A stretch of DNA of 64,000 bases from an uncultured Gammaproteobacteria bacterium (GCA_964402425.1 CAYOCD010000001.1:82934-146933), one strand, 5' to 3'. Numbered from the stretch's first letter, positions 19,921 through 28,697 are shown. The notes: a model not told the origin generated them from the sequence alone. Numbers and translations: made by a program.

Positions 19921-19997
19921 CCCCTCCTCTTTCCCAAAAAAAACGACCCCACCTCAACAAAGAGATAGGGTCAGAAAGTGGGCCGAAATTGGCCGAG

Positions 19998-20963
19998 TTA
20001 CGGGGTGGGGCACGAGGCGCCGGGCTTGGCGACCAGGAAGTACGCCGAGCAGCCGCCGTCCTTGAGGACCGTCTTCACGCTGGACGTATTATACGTCTGG
20101 CCGAACAGCGTGGCCGTAATCGTGGGTTGCGAGTTGAGAACTGCCGTCGAACTTCCCATGCAGAGCCACCCTTGTGGCTGGTCCACATTGAAGCGCAAAT
20201 ACGTGCAGTTGCTCTGAGTGAGATTGCCAAGGTCGACGCTGAGCGATGCATTCATCGTCCAGGCCTGGGGCTTCCAGTCCGTGAACGAGGTATCGGGCGT
20301 AATGCCATAGCTCAAGCGGCGGTAGGCGCTGTCCGGGTACGTCACCGTGAGGGTGTTGTTGCCCGTAGGTGCCGTGCAGCCTTCGTCGATCAGACCGTCG
20401 CAGTCGTTGTCTTTGCTGTCGGCGCAGACTTCCGCGGTTGCTACGCATGGAGCGACGCAACCTTCGTCCGCCTGGCCATCGCAATCGTTGTCCTTGTTGT
20501 CGCCGCAGACCTCATTGGTCGGGACGCACTGTGCGGCACAACCTTCGTCAACCTGCCCGTTGCAGTTGTTGTCGACGTTGTCGCCGCACTTCTCCGGAAC
20601 ACCCGGATTTACGTTGACGTTGTTGTCATTGCAGTCGCCCTGCTTGGGGGCGGTACTGCAGTAGCCATCGCCGTCACCGTCGGTGCAGTTCGTCGAGACA
20701 CACTGTGACTGGTAGTCGTTGCAGCAGTCCTTGTTGACCACACACTCGGCGTCGCATTGACATTGTGCCTTGTTGTTGTACGCCGTGCCACACTTGCCTT
20801 GGCAAGTGGGCGCCGGCGCCGTGTCGGTCGAGTCGCGGCCGGAGGCCGTCGAGTCGACCGAAACGGCCGTGTCGGACTCCTCGTTGATGTCGAACGGCTC
20901 GTGAGAGCCACAGGCCGCCACGATGGCGAGGGAAAGAATCAAACAAGCGGGGATGTAACGCAT
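19998..20963 (-). CDS. Cys/Asp-rich repeat lipoprotein (lipobox IVAAC; repeats CGDNVDNNCNGQVDEGC, CGDNKDNDCDGQADEGC, CADSKDNDCDGLIDEGC).
   Basis: MRYIPACLILSLAIVAACGS. Three near-identical 25-aa repeats in tandem. Confidence 0.6.
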   Translation of the reverse strand: MRYIPACLILSLAIVAACGSHEPFDINEESDTAVSVDSTASGRDSTDTAPAPTCQGKCGTAYNNKAQCQCDAECVVNKDCCNDYQSQCVSTNCTDGDGDGYCSTAPKQGDCNDNNVNVNPGVPEKCGDNVDNNCNGQVDEGCAAQCVPTNEVCGDNKDNDCDGQADEGCVAPCVATAEVCADSKDNDCDGLIDEGCTAPTGNNTLTVTYPDSAYRRLSYGITPDTSFTDWKPQAWTMNASLSVDLGNLTQSNCTYLRFNVDQPQGWLCMGSSTAVLNSQPTITATLFGQTYNTSSVKTVLKDGGCSAYFLVAKPGASCPTP

Positions 20964-21163
20964 GAAACACTCCAGTCGGACGCATGAAGCGCGCGACGTT
21001 CTGTTGCCCGGCCCTGATGCCGGAGCAGTTGCCTGCTTTCACCGAAACCATATCGGCTGCATCAGGACAAACATCGATACAACAATGTTCTATCGATATT
21101 TATCACGACACAATTTATGTAAAATGTACCTTAATGAACGTTGAATAGTATCACAATTCTCTG

Positions 21164-21288
21164 ATTTTGTCAAGGGGAAGGGCTGAAAAGGCGAGAGAGG
21201 CTTGAGATGCTTGAGAGGCTTTAGAAACGCGCTTTCTTCGACATCTCAAACCTCTCAAGCCTTTCTTACAGCCTTCCCCAAAAAAAAC
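21164..21288. repeat. GA-rich palindromic element E with leader TTTTGTCAAGGGG. Core shared with elements D, F and H.
   Basis: ttttgtcaaggggaagggctgaaaaggcgagagaggcttgagatgcttgagaggctttagaaacgcgcttt...acatctcaaacctctcaagcctttc. Confidence 0.7.
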
Positions 21289-21362
21289 AGCTCTCTCAAT
21301 CCATTCCCGAAGGAAATTCATGAGAGAGCCGAGAGGGCCACCAACGTCGCGAGAGTCTGCGA

Positions 21363-22901
21363 CTACTTGGGGCCGAAGCCAAAGTTGATGCCGGCCGAGA
21401 AGGCGGCGAACGGGCTGGTATCGCTACCCTTGCCCGCGCCGTAACTCTCGACACCCACGGTCGCACGAGCTTGGAAGCCAACCTTGAAGTTAGTGCCGGA
21501 AGTCGTGGAGACGTAGGAGAGGCCAGCACCGCCGCCGCGCGAATAAGAGTTCGCGCCAACGACCGAGCCTCCCGCATCGTGCTGAAGGAACATGGCGTGG
21601 ACACCGAAGCCGTAGAGCGCCTTGAAGGTCACTTCCGCACCACCTTGGTAGGCGATGCTCGATTCCCAACCCTTCGGACCGTCATCCGCAAGCGGAAGCA
21701 GGTTGAAGAAGCCGTTGAACCGACCAGTCTCGTTGGCGTAGCCCAGGTTCAGACCGACGTAGCCACCCGGTGACGTGTTGCCACGCATCTGGTAGACCTT
21801 GCCGTTCTTGGTGACGTGAGCGTCGTGACCGAGGAGCGCTGCACCACCGAGCGAAAGCTCAACGAGGACACCCTGCTTCTCCAGTTCCGTGACGGTCGCG
21901 ATGACCTGGTCGGCCTTTGCTTCAGCTTCGGTCGAACGATCGATCGCGGCTTGCGCCTTGGTGTCGATCGCCGCTTCCGCCGCCTTCGCACGAGCTTCCT
22001 CGTTCGCGATGGCCGTCTTCTGCTCCGCGAGGGCCGTGTCAAAAGCACTAAGCTGCTCGGTGTGACCCTGCAGCGCCGCGTCGAAGGTGTTGACCTTGGC
22101 CGAAGCCGCGTCCGCAACCTTCTTCGCATCGTCCGCCGTGGCCTGAGCCTTGGCGATCGGAGCGCTGTAGTCGACGCCGCGCACTGCCTTGGCCGAAGCC
22201 TTGGGAGCGGGAGCAGCGGGATCTGCCGGCGTCACCGAGCCCGGGAGGGGCGCGGCGGCGGACGGAGTGCGACGAACAGCCTTGGCCTTAGGAGCGCCGG
22301 GGCAGGTCGGACACGCGGTGGGACGAACCTTCTTGCACTTGTCCTGATCCTGCAGCGTCGGGCTGTACGAGTCAGGAACGAAGTTCAACACTCCGTCACA
22401 ATCCACATCCACCGAACGGTAACCAGTTGCCGGAGTCAGCTTGCCACCCGTGAAGTCCACGGTGCAGTTGCCAGCCTTGCACGCCAGGATGTCCTTGAGG
22501 AGCCGAAGCTCCGAGGACGACTTGGGCGTGATCGAACGGCCGAGGCCACGCGCGAAACGCGCAACCACATCCGGACCACCGACGACGTTCAGCGACGCAG
22601 TGTCGCCGCTCGCCGTCTCCCAAGCACTCACCTTGCAGTCATTGTTCAGGCCATCGTCCCACAACTTGGGGTCGGCGGCCTCGTTGATGCCGGGGTTGAT
22701 ATCGGCATGCTGATCGTCGCAGTCACCACACTTAATGGCGCCGGGGGGCAGAACATTGCAGACAGCGTCGCACACTGCGTACTTGTCGCCATCATCATTC
22801 TTGCACTCCACCGGAGCCGCGAAAGCGGACGAGGAAACGATCGTGGCCGCGAGGGCCAACAACAACAGGGAAAACTTCTTCATCGGGAACTCCTTGGGCA
22901 T
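21363..22901 (-). CDS. Secreted protein: Cys-rich N-terminal module, Ala/Lys-rich coiled-coil, C-terminal Gly/aromatic-rich beta-strand domain of about 170 aa (possible beta-barrel-like anchor).
   Basis: Signal peptide MKKFSLLLLALAATIVSSSAFA. Middle region KAQATADDAKKVADAASAKV...EARAKAAEAAIDTKAQAAI. C-terminus has alternating hydrophobic patterns and ends FGFGPK. Confidence 0.5.
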   Translation of the reverse strand: MPKEFPMKKFSLLLLALAATIVSSSAFAAPVECKNDDGDKYAVCDAVCNVLPPGAIKCGDCDDQHADINPGINEAADPKLWDDGLNNDCKVSAWETASGDTASLNVVGGPDVVARFARGLGRSITPKSSSELRLLKDILACKAGNCTVDFTGGKLTPATGYRSVDVDCDGVLNFVPDSYSPTLQDQDKCKKVRPTACPTCPGAPKAKAVRRTPSAAAPLPGSVTPADPAAPAPKASAKAVRGVDYSAPIAKAQATADDAKKVADAASAKVNTFDAALQGHTEQLSAFDTALAEQKTAIANEEARAKAAEAAIDTKAQAAIDRSTEAEAKADQVIATVTELEKQGVLVELSLGGAALLGHDAHVTKNGKVYQMRGNTSPGGYVGLNLGYANETGRFNGFFNLLPLADDGPKGWESSIAYQGGAEVTFKALYGFGVHAMFLQHDAGGSVVGANSYSRGGGAGLSYVSTTSGTNFKVGFQARATVGVESYGAGKGSDTSPFAAFSAGINFGFGPK

Positions 22902-23262
22902 CGCCCAGGTGATGGGAACACTACTGTCCCCTCGGGGTGTAGAGTTTGGGAAACCTATCCCTTACTCCACTCACGTCACCCCGAGGGGTTGACGCGTAGC
23001 CTTGGAATCCATTCTTTTGAAGAACTTCATCCGCGACCAGTGCAAATAAACCAATGATTTACTTGAATTGATCGCGGACTCAAGTGGTTCGGCTTCTTTT
23101 ACAACAAGGAGGAATGTGTGAAAGAGGTCAAACCGCTTGAAAACACGAGTTTTACTAAATTGCTTGGAAATGAACTGTTCACTGCCTCATTACTGAACGG
23201 AGAACTATATCATAATTTTGCAATTTTGTCAAGAGATCCATGACATCATCCACAGGTGTGGG

Positions 23263-23291
23263 TTGACCAAAAAGGCACAATTCTTTATACT
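23263..23291 (+). promoter_or_regulatory. Near-consensus sigma-70 promoter: TTGACC, 17-nt spacer, TATACT. It reads toward, and antisense to, the four-helix-bundle gene.
   Basis: ggttgaccaaaaaggcacaattctttatactattgg. No convincing downstream plus-strand CDS. Confidence 0.3.
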
Positions 23292-23440
23292 ATTGGGGTC
23301 TTCTGAAGCTCTTTTCCCAAAAGAAAAACAGCCCGTCGGACAACAAAAAGAACGCTCCTATGGCTTGGGAGCAGCGGTTTCCGCGTCTCCTCCTCGCGAA
23401 AACATGCCAGTCCCAAGCTCTAAGAGGGTTTTTTTATTTG

Positions 23441-23930
23441 GGAAGGCGAGAGAGGTTTGAGAGACTGGAGATGCTTGAGAGGCCGAAGAGAAGGCCAAAA
23501 AAACAGTCAATTGTCTGGATAGACGATTGACTGTTTGTATTTTCTAAGAAGAAAGTCTGCTCTGGCTCTAATATCTTCCAAAAATTCGTAGGATATCTCA
23601 TCAAGAAAACCTAATGAATATGAGATCTCGAGAAAAAAAGCACATTCTTTCGAAGAACCCTCTGCAATATTTAAATATCGAATAAAGTCTTTTTGTGATT
23701 GTGTAGCTCGTCCTTCAACAATATTCGCAGGAATAGAGAGTGCTGCCCGACGCAACTGTGACGTAATTCCAAATATCTCCTGTTTAGGAAATGACTCTGT
23801 TTTTTTATAAACCTCAATGACAAACTTATTGGCTTCCTGCCAAGCTAATATTTTATGATACGGCTGTTGTTTCATATTTTCTTCGGCCTCTCAAACATCT
23901 CCAACCTCTCTCGCCTCTCCAGCCTTCCCC
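23441..23930. mobile_element. Putative full-length member of the GA-rich palindromic element family. Its inverted arms (23441-23506 and 23881-23930) flank a four-helix-bundle protein gene as cargo. No transposase.
   Basis: The reverse complement of the right arm, ggggaaggctggagaggcgagagaggttggagatgtttgagaggccgaag, nearly equals the left arm gggaaggcgagagaggtttgagagactggagatgcttgagaggccgaag. Confidence 0.35.
23507..23875 (-). CDS. Four-helix-bundle protein of the 23S rRNA intervening-sequence protein family (TIGR02436/PF05635-like).
   Basis: LAWQEANKFVIEVYKKTESFPKQEIFGITSQLRRAALSIPANIVEG...IRYLNIAEGSSKECAFFLEISYSLGFLD matches the characteristic pattern of this family. Recognised from memory, no search run. 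Confidence 0.6.
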   Translation of the reverse strand: MKQQPYHKILAWQEANKFVIEVYKKTESFPKQEIFGITSQLRRAALSIPANIVEGRATQSQKDFIRYLNIAEGSSKECAFFLEISYSLGFLDEISYEFLEDIRARADFLLRKYKQSIVYPDN

Positions 23931-24571
23931 TACTCTTCATGCACAAACTGGTGACGGCGGCGGATGCGCTCAAGATGTAAAAGGATATTTGCGACTCCGA
24001 CCAATCCCCCAAGAAAAAACCCAGATGCAATGTTTGCAAGAATATTTGGCTTCACAGGCCACTGTGAACTAAGCGGAGCATCAACCAAACGCATTTGGAC
24101 ACTTCCACCAGACGTATATTCTTTTACATGCTGCGTCAGAACAAACGCGATTGCACGAACCAATTGTTCTGCTTGTGTGACATCTGTGTGATAAGCGGTA
24201 ATGGTGAGCAATCCTGTTCCGTGCGAGACGGCTGCATCAACCGTACGCGCCCATTCGCGACGTCGTTTAATATCATCTTTTGGAAAGTTCTTTGTATCAA
24301 CTTGGAATCCACTTGAAAATACTTGATCAAAGAAAGTACTTGTATACACAATTGTTGAAAGATTTTCTGCAATGCGCTCTTCTGAACGTGAGGCTGTATA
24401 GGCATCAACAGATGATCCAAGATCTTGCAAAATAAGCAATCGAACTGTGGACGAATATCTGAGAGGTTGAATAAACGAAATAATAAGTGCAAGGACGAGT
24501 CCAAGCAATCCAAACAAAATAATTGTTTGCCATCGTCGAAAAAGTTCTCGTGTGTAGTTAAAAGAAGCCAT
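23930..24571 (-). CDS. Wzz/chain-length-determinant-like protein (N-terminal TM, periplasmic domain, C-terminal TM).
   Basis: Two terminal TM helices (IILFGLLGLVLALIISFI and IASGFFLGGLVGVANILL) with a 150-aa domain between them. Its stop abuts a repeat arm. Confidence 0.45.
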   Translation of the reverse strand: MASFNYTRELFRRWQTIILFGLLGLVLALIISFIQPLRYSSTVRLLILQDLGSSVDAYTASRSEERIAENLSTIVYTSTFFDQVFSSGFQVDTKNFPKDDIKRRREWARTVDAAVSHGTGLLTITAYHTDVTQAEQLVRAIAFVLTQHVKEYTSGGSVQMRLVDAPLSSQWPVKPNILANIASGFFLGGLVGVANILLHLERIRRRHQFVHEE

Positions 24572-24588
24572 ACACTAGATAGTATATC

Positions 24589-25677
24589 CTATTTATTATA
24601 TTCCCCCAAAACAACCTCGATTATTTTCTTTTCTCCAGCACGGTCAATCGTGAGACTGATCATATCTCCCGGACGTGTAGACAAAAGACGTTCACTTAAT
24701 CCACGCGAATAATTTATCTCTTGTTCGTCCATCGCAAGAAGAATATCTCCTTCCCTTAATCCAGCCTTTGCTGCTGGACTTCCCTTTTTTATTGCAGCTG
24801 GACCAGCAATATACGCTCCAACCTGATGCCCACGACGCAAGGCATCAGAAAAACCAACTGTGTGTGCAAGATCAAGATAAGTAATTCCAAGTGCTGGGTG
24901 AGAAAGATTTTTCTTTTCAAGAAGCGCATTGAGCGAAGGTAAAACGTGCTCAAATGGAACCAAGATTACTTGTGAATCTTTTTTAGATGCAAATCCAACA
25001 AATGATCCAGACAAATCAAAAATTGGAGCGCTTGCGCTATTTACACTTGTAGAAAGCAACAGATTACGTGAAGGAATATCCGACGACAGAAGTGTTCCTT
25101 GTTGCCAGAGATGTTGAGCAACGAACGCTTGAGAGAATTGATCTACGCGCATACTCACAAACAACTGATCCCCCACAGACAAATCAAACGCATTTCCAAA
25201 ACGAACCACTGATAAATTGTTCGCTGCGCATTTCAAAAAAACAGTCTGCGTTAATGGATCAACCACAACACGCGTAACATCAAGCACCTGATCTTTTATT
25301 TGAACGGAAAGCGCATCTGCAGAAAGTTGCGAAAGCATGGGGGCAATAATCCATCCATCAGAAGTCACCACAACCCCTGTTCCAATCGATGCATCTTGTG
25401 TATATCCATACGCTGTTTTTGCCGACGTTGGAAAAATAGAAACAACACTCGCAAGCGTCACATCTGAAAAATGCTTCGTTGCTTCTGCATAGGAATTAGG
25501 GAATGCTTTTGGACCAGTTTCATCCAAATTCAATGGACGTGTTAATTGATTCAATTGAAGTGCATAATCAGACAAATACGAATTTGTCATGGCTGTCGCA
25601 AGCACTCCACTTGCTGCACCAAGAGCAATCGATAAGAGAACAACATGAGCGATTCTGGAGGTGAACATTTTTTTCAT
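24589..25677 (-). CDS. HtrA-like trypsin-fold plus PDZ protein that appears catalytically inactive (pseudo-protease).
   Basis: The PDZ region (GSPAAKAGLREGDILLAMDEQEI) is conserved. The His motif is replaced (GTGVVVTSDGWIIAPMLS versus GTGFFVTQDGLILTNRHVV in the genuine HtrA at 36412). The Ser motif reads NSASAPIF versus GNSGGPLIN. Confidence 0.5.
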   Translation of the reverse strand: MKKMFTSRIAHVVLLSIALGAASGVLATAMTNSYLSDYALQLNQLTRPLNLDETGPKAFPNSYAEATKHFSDVTLASVVSIFPTSAKTAYGYTQDASIGTGVVVTSDGWIIAPMLSQLSADALSVQIKDQVLDVTRVVVDPLTQTVFLKCAANNLSVVRFGNAFDLSVGDQLFVSMRVDQFSQAFVAQHLWQQGTLLSSDIPSRNLLLSTSVNSASAPIFDLSGSFVGFASKKDSQVILVPFEHVLPSLNALLEKKNLSHPALGITYLDLAHTVGFSDALRRGHQVGAYIAGPAAIKKGSPAAKAGLREGDILLAMDEQEINYSRGLSERLLSTRPGDMISLTIDRAGEKKIIEVVLGEYNK

Positions 25678-25695
25678 AAAGTATTTACAAAATAA

Positions 25696-26460
25696 CTACA
25701 GCCATTTTGAGCTCACAGCGACAATTAAAAGAAGAATGATCGAAGTGAATACATAACGCTTAATCACCTCACGTGAGAGCTTATGTAAAGCTTCCGTTCG
25801 CGTCAACCCAAAAAAGGCGTACGAGAAAATTGTCATGAATGCGGCGTTCGTATAAAAACCCGTCGGGAAAAAAGTAATACAGACAAATAATTCCGTAAGA
25901 ATAATCGCTCCAAACAACGCGTACAGATGTGAACGGAATGATTCTGCTTTTGTAACCCACAAAACACCATACACCAAGAAAAAACTCAGCAGAAAAAAGA
26001 GCAGTGCCAAAAATGAAAGGGGAATCTGAATTAATAATCGTGTAGCAAAGGCAAAACTGCTAAAGAAAAAAATCGAGAGAAGATTTAATAACGACGCAAG
26101 ATGCTCTAAAGAAAATGGTTGATAATGCGATGGAAGGTGAGTATAAAGAAAAACGAACTCTGTAAATAAAACTAAAAGGAACGTGCTTACGACAGCAAGA
26201 GCAATACTGACCCATAAGGTTTCAAACAAAAAGAGCATGCCAAACGAGGACAGAAAAAAGAAACAGGCAATTCCAAGAAAAAACCAAAAGGAAAATTCCT
26301 GCGCGCGCCAGCGCAATAATCTTGCGACAAGCAAAGCAACGCACACAAAACTTACCCCCAAGGCAACAACAGGATGTATTACACGAAACACGAACATCGC
26401 ATACCCCAAAAGAGCAACGATTGCGACCAGAAATGGGGTGATACGATAAAGTAAGATCAT
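25696..26460 (-). CDS. Polytopic integral membrane protein, hypothetical (at least 7 TM).
   Basis: Highly hydrophobic Phe/Leu-rich sequence throughout. Confidence 0.45.
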   Translation of the reverse strand: MILLYRITPFLVAIVALLGYAMFVFRVIHPVVALGVSFVCVALLVARLLRWRAQEFSFWFFLGIACFFFLSSFGMLFLFETLWVSIALAVVSTFLLVLFTEFVFLYTHLPSHYQPFSLEHLASLLNLLSIFFFSSFAFATRLLIQIPLSFLALLFFLLSFFLVYGVLWVTKAESFRSHLYALFGAIILTELFVCITFFPTGFYTNAAFMTIFSYAFFGLTRTEALHKLSREVIKRYVFTSIILLLIVAVSSKWL

Positions 26461-26464
26461 ACAA

Positions 26465-27229
26465 CTATTTTTGAATCTGAACAGTAAATGTTCCAGATGC
26501 GCTTAAAATTCCTTTTTGTGTTGTGAGCGAATCAACATGCATATATGAACTAAGCGATTTGTTCAATGTACCCAATTCACGGTTCACAAACGGTTGAACA
26601 AATGAAGCAATCAACATGTTTGGAACATGAAAAGAGCCAAGTTTGACATCTATCAAATTTAAAGCAAAAACACCTTGATCTGCATGCAGAGAAAAACGTA
26701 TTGCAAGCGCCGTAATATTTTTATTGGGTTGTATCGGCAAAAACAGTTCAAATTCCTGCCCTTCTAATACAGCAATCTGTGCACGATTGGCAACTATGCG
26801 CGTTTCCCCTGATTGCTTTAATCCGTTTTGCAGCGAAGTTGTCAGAGAAGACTCTGGCAATGCAAGGACAATGGAACGATCTGCCAAAACGCCTCCCCCA
26901 TCCTGTAATCGTTTTAAAAGCGTTGCTTTAAAAAACGATTCGGAATGTTGTTCTACAGAAACACCCGGTTTAATCACACGAACAGGCCGAACATCAGAAT
27001 AGGCAAGCGTGGAAAAAACAGGAATCGTAATAAGTCCCGTTGCTGCCACTTGCCAAGCAAGGAACCCAACAAAAAGAATGAAACAAGCAAAAATAAAAGA
27101 CAAACAAGAAAAACGTCCACCTGTTTTTTTCTTTTGTTCTCCAAACGTTTCCACAACCTCATCCTTTATGTACGAGGAGGGTTTTTGTGATTCGTCTATT
27201 TTTTCAACACGACTCATAGGCTTAACCAA
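26465..27229 (-). CDS. Single-pass membrane protein, hypothetical.
   Basis: One TM helix (FSCLSFIFACFILFVGFLAWQVA) after a charged N-terminus. Confidence 0.4.
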   Translation of the reverse strand: MVKPMSRVEKIDESQKPSSYIKDEVVETFGEQKKKTGGRFSCLSFIFACFILFVGFLAWQVAATGLITIPVFSTLAYSDVRPVRVIKPGVSVEQHSESFFKATLLKRLQDGGGVLADRSIVLALPESSLTTSLQNGLKQSGETRIVANRAQIAVLEGQEFELFLPIQPNKNITALAIRFSLHADQGVFALNLIDVKLGSFHVPNMLIASFVQPFVNRELGTLNKSLSSYMHVDSLTTQKGILSASGTFTVQIQK

Positions 27230-27624
27230 TTCGTTTGTGAAATGATTTGTTTTATTTGCATATATCCCTCCATAACATCTTGCGGATTTGCCACAAAGCC
27301 CTGCTTCATTTTCTGAAGAAAAATAGCAAGAGTGAGGTGGAGATCTTTTTCTTGCACCGGAACGCGCATTGTGAGAAGTGTGCTAAGTGTTTGATCTGTT
27401 AGTTGTGCACGCACAGATAGATCCTGTGTTGTATCAAATGCTGTCACAAATTTTTTCAACACAATTTTAAGTGCCTCTTGATATTGCTTATCTGATACAG
27501 GTGGTGTTTGTATAACAACATCTTTTTGTCCTGCAAGTTTTGGCGAAGCGGAAAAAACAAATCCTGTTACAAGGATAAGCGTAAGTGCAAGCACGAGAAA
27601 AGGAAAGAACGATGTGTGTTTCAT
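27214..27624 (-). CDS. Small secreted or membrane-anchored protein, hypothetical.
   Basis: N-terminal hydrophobic signal/anchor FFPFLVLALTLILVTGFVFSA. Overlaps neighbouring genes by 4-16 nt, consistent with an operon. Confidence 0.4.
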   Translation of the reverse strand: MKHTSFFPFLVLALTLILVTGFVFSASPKLAGQKDVVIQTPPVSDKQYQEALKIVLKKFVTAFDTTQDLSVRAQLTDQTLSTLLTMRVPVQEKDLHLTLAIFLQKMKQGFVANPQDVMEGYMQIKQIISQTNWLSL

Positions 27625-28670
27625 AAACGCGTTTGTTGAACAAATAAATCTTCTGCTATAACGGTAAGCATCATCGCAACAGGAATCGCAAAAAATGCAC
27701 CAGGAATTCCTCCTAGTTTTACTCCGATAAGAAGCGCAATAATACTCACAATCGGATTCAATCCTGTTGCTCTTTGCATAACCTTTGGAACAAGGATGTG
27801 ATTTTCAATTTGCTGAATAATCACATACAACCCAAGAACAATTAACCCGAGTGTGGGAGATTGTGTAAAGGCAATCATTACAGCGGGAATCGCCGAAAAA
27901 ATAGGACCAACATATGGAACCATCTCAAATAATCCCGCAATCACAGCAAGCAACAATGCATACCGAACGTTTAAAAGAGATAACCCAATATAACTCACAA
28001 ATCCGATCACAAATCCAAGAAATAACTGTCCACGAAGCCATGCCCCAATTTTTACCTGCATTTTTTTCATGAGCTCTGAAAGATATGGTTGATATTCAAT
28101 CGGTGCAAGAGATTTAAAATATCTTTGCATCTTCTCCCCTTCTGCAACCATATAAAACGTCAGCACTAAAATCACCAATCCTGTAACCAATCCTCCAAAA
28201 AACCCTTTCACGGTTGAAAAAAAAGATTGAGAAGTTTGAGAGACAGCTCCTTCAATTCCTTGAAGAGTCTTTAAAATATCTTGTGATAGTCCATGTTGAA
28301 CGGAAAATGTTTGCAATCGCGCAAATGTTTGTTCAATCTCAATAAAAAACGAACTCGCACTTGAAGTCACTTGAGTAAATTGTTCTGTCACAATTGGTGT
28401 AAGTCCAAGAAAAACCAAAATAACAACCGTCAACAACACAATATACACAATCAAAACGGAAAGCGCGCGAGGAATATTCTTTTTTGAAAACCAATCTGCA
28501 AATGGCTCAATAAGTGCCGCAAGAAGAAGCGATGCAAAAAAGATAATAACGATTTCATGGATGTACCACAAAAATCCCATCAAAAGAACAATAAGAGCGG
28601 CTTTTATAAATGTTCCTGTGGAAATCGTGACTTGATGATTCGACTTCATAATAATGACAGTATAACACAA
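27621..28670 (-). CDS. AI-2E family transporter (UPF0118/PerM-like permease).
   Basis: 8-TM architecture with the conserved N-terminal helix pair (LLLAALIEPFADWFSKKNIPRALSVLIVYIVLL) and C-terminal GLNPIVSIIALLIGVKLGGIPGAFFAIPV. Confidence 0.55.
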   Translation of the reverse strand: MCYTVIIMKSNHQVTISTGTFIKAALIVLLMGFLWYIHEIVIIFFASLLLAALIEPFADWFSKKNIPRALSVLIVYIVLLTVVILVFLGLTPIVTEQFTQVTSSASSFFIEIEQTFARLQTFSVQHGLSQDILKTLQGIEGAVSQTSQSFFSTVKGFFGGLVTGLVILVLTFYMVAEGEKMQRYFKSLAPIEYQPYLSELMKKMQVKIGAWLRGQLFLGFVIGFVSYIGLSLLNVRYALLLAVIAGLFEMVPYVGPIFSAIPAVMIAFTQSPTLGLIVLGLYVIIQQIENHILVPKVMQRATGLNPIVSIIALLIGVKLGGIPGAFFAIPVAMMLTVIAEDLFVQQTRL

Positions 28671-28697
28671 AACCCATCACGTGCATGATGGGTTTTG

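Noticed and set aside
19528-19968. 146-aa plus-strand ORF spanning repeat element D
   Set aside because: It runs through the palindromic element; the sequence is low-complexity and intergenic between two lipoprotein genes.
21363-22901. Calling the C-terminal domain a bona fide outer-membrane beta-barrel/porin
   Set aside because: It lacks a terminal aromatic residue and the strand pattern was assessed only by eye. Left as a low-confidence hypothesis in the findings.
14910-23057. Many long ORFs on the plus strand (e.g. 14910..15626, 16879..17413, 17555..18220, 18461..19534, 19989..20708, 21816..23057) rich in R/A/T/S/P
   Set aside because: Antisense frames of G+C-rich minus-strand genes. They have low-complexity, Arg-rich composition, no starts with RBS, and overlap well-supported Cys-repeat protein genes.
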